This document shows, in pieces, positions 59,308 through 64,000 of a DNA stretch of 64,000 nt. Each line of letters begins with the position of its first letter. Positions within the stretch are counted from its first letter, which is position 1. This DNA is from Cyanobacteria bacterium P01_A01_bin.123 (GTDB taxonomy: Bacteria > Cyanobacteriota > Cyanobacteriia > Phormidesmidales > Phormidesmidaceae). A program made the translations under genes and the position numbers. The notes below the pieces were generated by a model. That model saw nothing but the letters and a program-made list of their open reading frames with translations. It searched no databases and was not told where the DNA came from. The DNA lies in NCBI GenBank assembly GCA_039815185.1, contig JBCBZT010000016.1:32001-96000 (forward strand), written 5' to 3'.

Positions 59308-60414
59308 CTAAACTGAAGCCGAAGCGCTTGATGCCGCGATCTCCTGTAACCTTTCCTGTTGGTCTTGGGAAATACACGACTGGATCATCTCATCAATGTC
59401 GCCTTCTAGGGCCGGGGTGAGGTTGAAGTTTTTTCCGAGGCGATGGTCGGTGATGCGGTTGTCTTTGTAGTTATAGGTACGAATTTTTTCCGATCGGGCT
59501 CCAGTTCCAACCTGCGATCGCCGCATTGAGGTCACCTCCTCCTGTTGTTCCCGCAGTTGCATCTCGTAGAGCTTAGCCCGCAAAATTTGCATGGCCCGTT
59601 CACGGTTTTGCAGCTGCGATCGCTCTTCGGTACAAAAAATCCGAATTCCCGTTGGCTTATGGAACAAATCCACCGCCGTTTCCACCTTATTCACGTTTTG
59701 CCCCCCTGCACCGCCCGAACGAGCCGTGCTGATCTCTAAGTCTCGGGGATCAATCTTGACTTCGACATCATCAACTTCAGGCATAATTGCCACTGTCGCC
59801 GTTGACGTGTGCACCCGTCCGCCCGCTTCAGTAACAGGTACCCGCTGTACCCGGTGAACCCCAGCTTCAAACTTAAGTTGGCTGTAAACGCGATCGCCCT
59901 GGATCTCTAAAATGGCTTCTTTGAAACCACCCATGTCCGCGAGAGATTCACTCAAGAGCTTGACCCGCCAGCTTTGCCCCTCAGAATAACGAGAATACAT
60001 TCGCACTAAGTCACCAGCCCAGATGCTGGCCTCATCGCCGCCAGCTCCTGCCCGAATCTCGAGCATAATATTCTTATCGTCGTTGGGATCCTGAGGCAGC
60101 AGCAAAATCTTGAGTCGTACTTCGAGTTGCTCAATCTGCTGTTCTAGTTCCTCAACTTCCAAAGATGCCATTGCACGCAACTCAGCATCCGCCGCAGACT
60201 CTCGGTAAACCTCTTGGGCTCCGTTGAGTTCTTCCGACGCTTGTTTCCACTGCTCAAAGGTATTCACGGTCTCTTCTAAAGCAGATCGAGCCTTTGCAAC
60301 CCGCTGAAATTCACTTGGGTCAGTCGCCACGTCCGGATCAGCTAGACGTCGCGTCAACTCATGGAAAGTTTGCTCAACGGATTTGAGTTTATCAAGTAAG
60401 TAAGCTTCAGCCAT
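59308..60414 (-). CDS. prfA: Peptide chain release factor 1
   Basis: PVT anticodon-mimic motif and GGQ. Confidence 0.96.
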   Translation of the reverse strand: MAEAYLLDKLKSVEQTFHELTRRLADPDVATDPSEFQRVAKARSALEETVNTFEQWKQASEELNGAQEVYRESAADAELRAMASLEVEELEQQIEQLEVRLKILLLPQDPNDDKNIMLEIRAGAGGDEASIWAGDLVRMYSRYSEGQSWRVKLLSESLADMGGFKEAILEIQGDRVYSQLKFEAGVHRVQRVPVTEAGGRVHTSTATVAIMPEVDDVEVKIDPRDLEISTARSGGAGGQNVNKVETAVDLFHKPTGIRIFCTEERSQLQNRERAMQILRAKLYEMQLREQQEEVTSMRRSQVGTGARSEKIRTYNYKDNRITDHRLGKNFNLTPALEGDIDEMIQSCISQDQQERLQEIAASSASASV

Positions 60415-60443
60415 AGCAGATAAGCACACCAGTTATGGTGACC

Positions 60444-60525
60444 AAAAATTGACAATAGACGACTCGCCCTGCACACGGCCCAAAGTCACTAGCTCAGTCC
60501 CTGTGTACAGTCGACCATTGTCAAT
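60444..60525 (-). terminator. Long hairpin with U tail between rpmE and prfA
   Basis: ATTGACAATGG/CTATTGTCAAT and CTGTACAC/GTGTGCAG stems, then a T run. Confidence 0.5.
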
Positions 60526-60527
60526 GG

Positions 60528-60761
60528 CTATTTATCTTGAGCTTCGCTGCTGCTGTCTACCATGCCATACTTCCGCAAGAAGCGCTCAACCCGTCCCTCG
60601 GTGTCAATGATTTTCTGAGTTCCTGTGTAGAAGGGGTGATTCCCAGACCAAACGTCGACGTGGAGTTCTGGCTGGGTAGAGCCAATAGTCATAATCTCTT
60701 TCCCGTCGCAGAAGACTTTAGCTTCGGGATACCATTTGGGGTGAATATCAGGTTTAGGCAT
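60528..60761 (-). CDS. rpmE: 50S ribosomal protein L31
   Basis: MPKPDIHP, HPFYTG, GRVERF. Confidence 0.96.
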   Translation of the reverse strand: MPKPDIHPKWYPEAKVFCDGKEIMTIGSTQPELHVDVWSGNHPFYTGTQKIIDTEGRVERFLRKYGMVDSSSEAQDK

Positions 60762-60886
60762 TGATCTAATGCTGAATTTAGCTAGCAGAAACGTTCAAGT
60801 GAACTATAGCAACATCCAAATCAACAACGCTTGATTCAGGTTGAAGACTCAAGTTTTCGAATCAAATGTAGCTCACCAGTTTAATG

Positions 60887-61300
60887 TTAACGCTTGGAGA
60901 ACTGAGGGGCTTTACGAGCTTTACGCAAGCCATATTTCTTTCGTTCTTTACACCGGGGATCGCGGGTGAGATACCCTTCAACTTTGAGCGGTTTTCGATT
61001 GTCAGGATCCAGCTCACATAAAGCTCGAGCGACGCCCAGGCGAATCGCATCGGCATGGCCAGTTAAGCCGCCGCCACGCACGTTGACCAAAACATCGTAG
61101 TCGCTTTCAAGTCCCAAGGTCTCTAAAGGAGCTTTGGCCGAGCTGAGATAGTTAGGATTGAACTGGAGATGTTCTTCACCGGGTTTGCCATTGATAGTCA
61201 TTTTGCCGCTACCGGGAACCAGGCGAACCCGAGCGATCGCCGCCTTCCGCCGCCCCGTGCCCCAATAAACTGCGCGATCACTCTGATCTGTTGCCTGCAT
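60887..61300 (-). CDS. rpsI: 30S ribosomal protein S9
   Basis: GTGRRK, ERKKYG, QFSKR. Confidence 0.97.
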   Translation of the reverse strand: MQATDQSDRAVYWGTGRRKAAIARVRLVPGSGKMTINGKPGEEHLQFNPNYLSSAKAPLETLGLESDYDVLVNVRGGGLTGHADAIRLGVARALCELDPDNRKPLKVEGYLTRDPRCKERKKYGLRKARKAPQFSKR

Positions 61301-61758
61301 TATTTCTGATCTCCTGGAGTCGTTTGGATGGTAAGGATTTCAGGCTGCTGTGCCTGATGAGGATGCTCAGGCCCAGCATAGACCTTCAATTTAGTAAATA
61401 ACTTCCGGCCCAAGCTGTTCTTCGGCAACATCCCTTTCACCGCTTTTTCAATGATTCGCTCTGGAATGCGGGCCTGAAGCTGATCAAAGGTTTCCATTTT
61501 CATCCCGCCTGGACGACCAGAGTGACGACGATAAAGCTTGTCTGACCGCTTGCGACCGGTGACATCCACCTTCTCAGCATTGATGACGATCACAAAATCA
61601 CCCGTATCCATATGGGGCATGTAGGTCGGTTTGTTTTTACCCCGTAGGATCATAGCAATTTGGGTTGCCAATCTTCCCAATCTCTGGTCGGCCGCGTCAA
61701 CCACATACCAGTTGCGCTCAAGGGTAGATTCTGAAGGAACAAATGTCTTGCTAGTCAT
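61300..61758 (-). CDS. rplM: 50S ribosomal protein L13
   Basis: WYVVDA..LGRLA, DTGDFV, GMLPK. Confidence 0.97.
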   Translation of the reverse strand: MTSKTFVPSESTLERNWYVVDAADQRLGRLATQIAMILRGKNKPTYMPHMDTGDFVIVINAEKVDVTGRKRSDKLYRRHSGRPGGMKMETFDQLQARIPERIIEKAVKGMLPKNSLGRKLFTKLKVYAGPEHPHQAQQPEILTIQTTPGDQK

Positions 61759-61832
61759 GGCTCTATAAACACATTTCTGAGAATAAAAGGCTACTGAAAG
61801 TTAAAGATTGAGACACAGCGAAGTAAACGTGA

Positions 61833-62717
61833 CTAAACGGCTAGAGAAGGTTGAGGTGAAAATGTCAACTGCGGTTGGTTGTCGTACCAAACTTTAGGGG
61901 GAAACGGAAAATCAGCGTAGCCAACCCGCAACAGACATAATCCTTGTGCCGGAGCCGAATATTTCACCTGATCACGGCAACGTTGTTGCCAAAGCTGGGT
62001 AAAGGCTTCAGGGGATCGCTTACCACACCCCACCTGCACCAAAAGCCCCATAATTAAGCGCACCATACCGTACAAAAAACCGCTGGATTGAAGCTCAACA
62101 TACAAGAGGGTGCCTCGTCGATAACATTCAGCCGCCTGAACCTCTACCCAAGAGTGGGCTCGTTTAGAGCCGGCCCGGTGAAAAGCTGTCAAATCATGTT
62201 GACCAACCAGTGGATCGAGTGCTGCCTGAATGCGTTCTTCATCCAAGGGCTGATAGTAATAATGCCAAGCAAACGGCCCCACAAATAAGTTAGGCAGTGC
62301 ATCCGTGTAAAGCGTGTAGCGATAGCGTCGCCAAAGAGCCGAGTACTGGGCATGCCAATCATTACCTACCTGGGCAGATGCCCTAATCATGATGTCCTTA
62401 GGCAAACGATGATTAAGAATTGCGGCCCATCGATGAGCTGGGATCACTGCTGGAGCTTCAAAATGGGCTACTTGAGCCGCTGCATGAACGCCAGCGTCCG
62501 TTCGTCCTGCCCCATGTAGAGTTACGTGACCCCCTAACACAGACTCAATCGCTTGTTCAATCTCTGCTTGCACAGTACGTTGGTCGAGCTGCCGTTGCCA
62601 ACCATGAAACCGAGCACCCAGATACTGAATCACCAACGCAATCCGCTGGGACTGGCTCCACCGCCCCGTTTGCTCAGCCTTGAGCTGCTCTCCAATTGTT
62701 GATGAATGGCGCGGCAT
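61833..62717 (-). CDS. truA: tRNA pseudouridine(38-40) synthase
   Basis: FHGWQ, AGRTDAGVHA, FLYGMVR; start uncertain. Confidence 0.93.
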   Translation of the reverse strand: MPRHSSTIGEQLKAEQTGRWSQSQRIALVIQYLGARFHGWQRQLDQRTVQAEIEQAIESVLGGHVTLHGAGRTDAGVHAAAQVAHFEAPAVIPAHRWAAILNHRLPKDIMIRASAQVGNDWHAQYSALWRRYRYTLYTDALPNLFVGPFAWHYYYQPLDEERIQAALDPLVGQHDLTAFHRAGSKRAHSWVEVQAAECYRRGTLLYVELQSSGFLYGMVRLIMGLLVQVGCGKRSPEAFTQLWQQRCRDQVKYSAPAQGLCLLRVGYADFPFPPKVWYDNQPQLTFSPQPSLAV

Positions 62718-62812
62718 CTTCAACAGTCCATAACACAATCAAATCTCGTCCATATCCAAATCCATGGTTTCCCCTTAAGGCTAAACAGCCAAGTCTCTAA
62801 ATCGGATATGGT

Positions 62813-63163
62813 TTAAGTCAACTCAACAATCGCCATCTCGGCATTGTCGCCCCGGCGACTAATGGTTCGCAAAACTCGGGTATATCCCCCGTTGCGATCA
62901 CCGTAGCGTTCCCCAGCCTGTTCAAATAAAGCATGAACAAGCTGTTTGTCGTACATGTAGCCCAGAGCTCGGCGACGGGCCGCGAGGGAACCATCCTTAG
63001 CCAGGGTAATCATGTGATCAGCTTCTGTACGCACTGCCTTGGCTCGGGCTTTTGTAGTAGTAATGCGACCATTGCGAATCAGCTCAGTGGTGAGCGATCG
63101 TAACAAAGCTTTGCGCTGGTCAGCAGGCTTGCTGAGTTTGGGGATACGACAACTATGGCGCAT
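62813..63163 (-). CDS. rplQ: 50S ribosomal protein L17
   Basis: [21 protein letters not shown]. Confidence 0.97.
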   Translation of the reverse strand: MRHSCRIPKLSKPADQRKALLRSLTTELIRNGRITTTKARAKAVRTEADHMITLAKDGSLAARRRALGYMYDKQLVHALFEQAGERYGDRNGGYTRVLRTISRRGDNAEMAIVELT

Positions 63164-63275
63164 GGTTCTTTCTTAATCAGAATCAACTAAATATCAACAA
63201 CTTCGCAGAAAAAGGGGACTAAGCTTTGGAAAACCGTCCCCTTGAAGTTGATACCTCAAGAGGATCGAAGTGATC

Positions 63276-64000
63276 CTAAGATGACTTCGCTGGCTTCTCC
63301 AGCGGCAAGGTAATTCCCAACCGTTCCTGCAAAGCTTCAATCACTTCTTCAGCGGACTTTTGGCCAAAGTTCTTGATCTCCAGCAAGTCCTCTTGACTGT
63401 AGTCAAGCAAATCTGAAACAGAATTGATTTGGGCACGCTTGAGACAGTTGTAAGCCCGCACTGACAACTGCAACTCTTCGATGGGAATTTGATTAGTTGG
63501 ATCATCACTTTCTTTCTCCTCTTCTTGGGAGGGTTCAATGGTGATGTCCTTTAATGGATTGAACAAATCCACCAAAATAGCTGCAGCCTGACTCATGGCC
63601 TCCTGGGGCGTCAGGCTACCGTTAGTCCAAATATCCATGACTAAGCGGTCTTTACCCAAAGACCCGTCTACCATTGCATCTTCAACGGTATAGTTGACCT
63701 TACGCACGGGCATAAAAACTGCATCAATTTGCATGAAGTCCAAAGCCGCTGCATCATCATGGCTACGGTCAATGGCCCGATAGCCCCGGCCACGTTCAAC
63801 TTTAAATTCCATCTCAAGAGAATGCCCCTCAGCCACTGTCGCGACGTATTGCCCAGGGTTAATCAACTCCACATCAGCAGGCAAGTCAAAATCAGCCGCC
63901 ATCACCGTCGCTGGACCATGAACGATGGCTCGACCGATCTGAGGCTGATTAGCGTAGCTGCGCAGCACAACCTGCTTAACATTGAGCAGGATATCCAAAA
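63276..64000 (-). CDS. rpoA: RNA polymerase alpha subunit (5' end outside window)
   Basis: GRGY, IDAVFMPV, LSVRAYNCLKRA, NFGQKS. Confidence 0.97.
   Translation of the reverse strand, partial: LDILLNVKQVVLRSYANQPQIGRAIVHGPATVMAADFDLPADVELINPGQYVATVAEGHSLEMEFKVERGRGYRAIDRSHDDAAALDFMQIDAVFMPVRKVNYTVEDAMVDGSLGKDRLVMDIWTNGSLTPQEAMSQAAAILVDLFNPLKDITIEPSQEEEKESDDPTNQIPIEELQLSVRAYNCLKRAQINSVSDLLDYSQEDLLEIKNFGQKSAEEVIEALQERLGITLPLEKPAKSS

Noticed and set aside
60528..60761. L31 lacking Zn-binding cysteines
   Set aside because: Normal for cyanobacterial L31
63212..63243. AAGGGGAC/GTCCCCTT hairpin between rpoA and rplQ
   Set aside because: 8-bp stem with a 16-nt loop inside a conserved operon; too weak to call
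1..64000. CRISPR arrays, tRNA/rRNA, intact transposases, prophage genes
   Set aside because: No regularly spaced repeats, cloverleafs or transposase/phage motifs seen by eye

Overview
Cyanobacterial chromosome segment. Evidence: frequent HIP1 octamer GCGATCGC, a SigD-like group 2 sigma factor, and cyanobacterial-type ribosomal genes. Positions 1-33.6 kb hold one co-oriented minus-strand surface-glycan locus that runs off the left edge. It contains a complete legionaminic-acid-type nonulosonate pathway with an elaABC-like (8-epimer) tail, heptose-type enzymes (GmhA, GmhB, a domain-reversed HldE-like protein, an HddC-like protein), and an uncharacterised sporadic carbohydrate cluster (two epimerases, two DegT aminotransferases, a HAD-kinase fusion, split transketolase, 2OG-Fe(II) oxygenase, LIC12192-like protein). 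It also has four methyltransferases, a PglK-like ABC flippase, and a small Cys/His-rich basic ORF at its head. The remainder is mostly core genome: rfbB, sigD, thyX interrupted by a 244-aa intein at its catalytic Ser, NADH-type gltB-gltD, a small variable patch (orphan MNT antitoxin with a HEPN stub, nitrilase, DUF4058), moeB/JAB, pgk, cysK, a site-2 protease, sbcD, and prfA-rpmE-rpsI-rplM-truA-rplQ-rpoA. Several miniature repeat/MITE-like elements and structured intergenic regions are visible. No CRISPR array, rRNA or tRNA was seen. All family assignments come from motif recognition and memory, not database searches.
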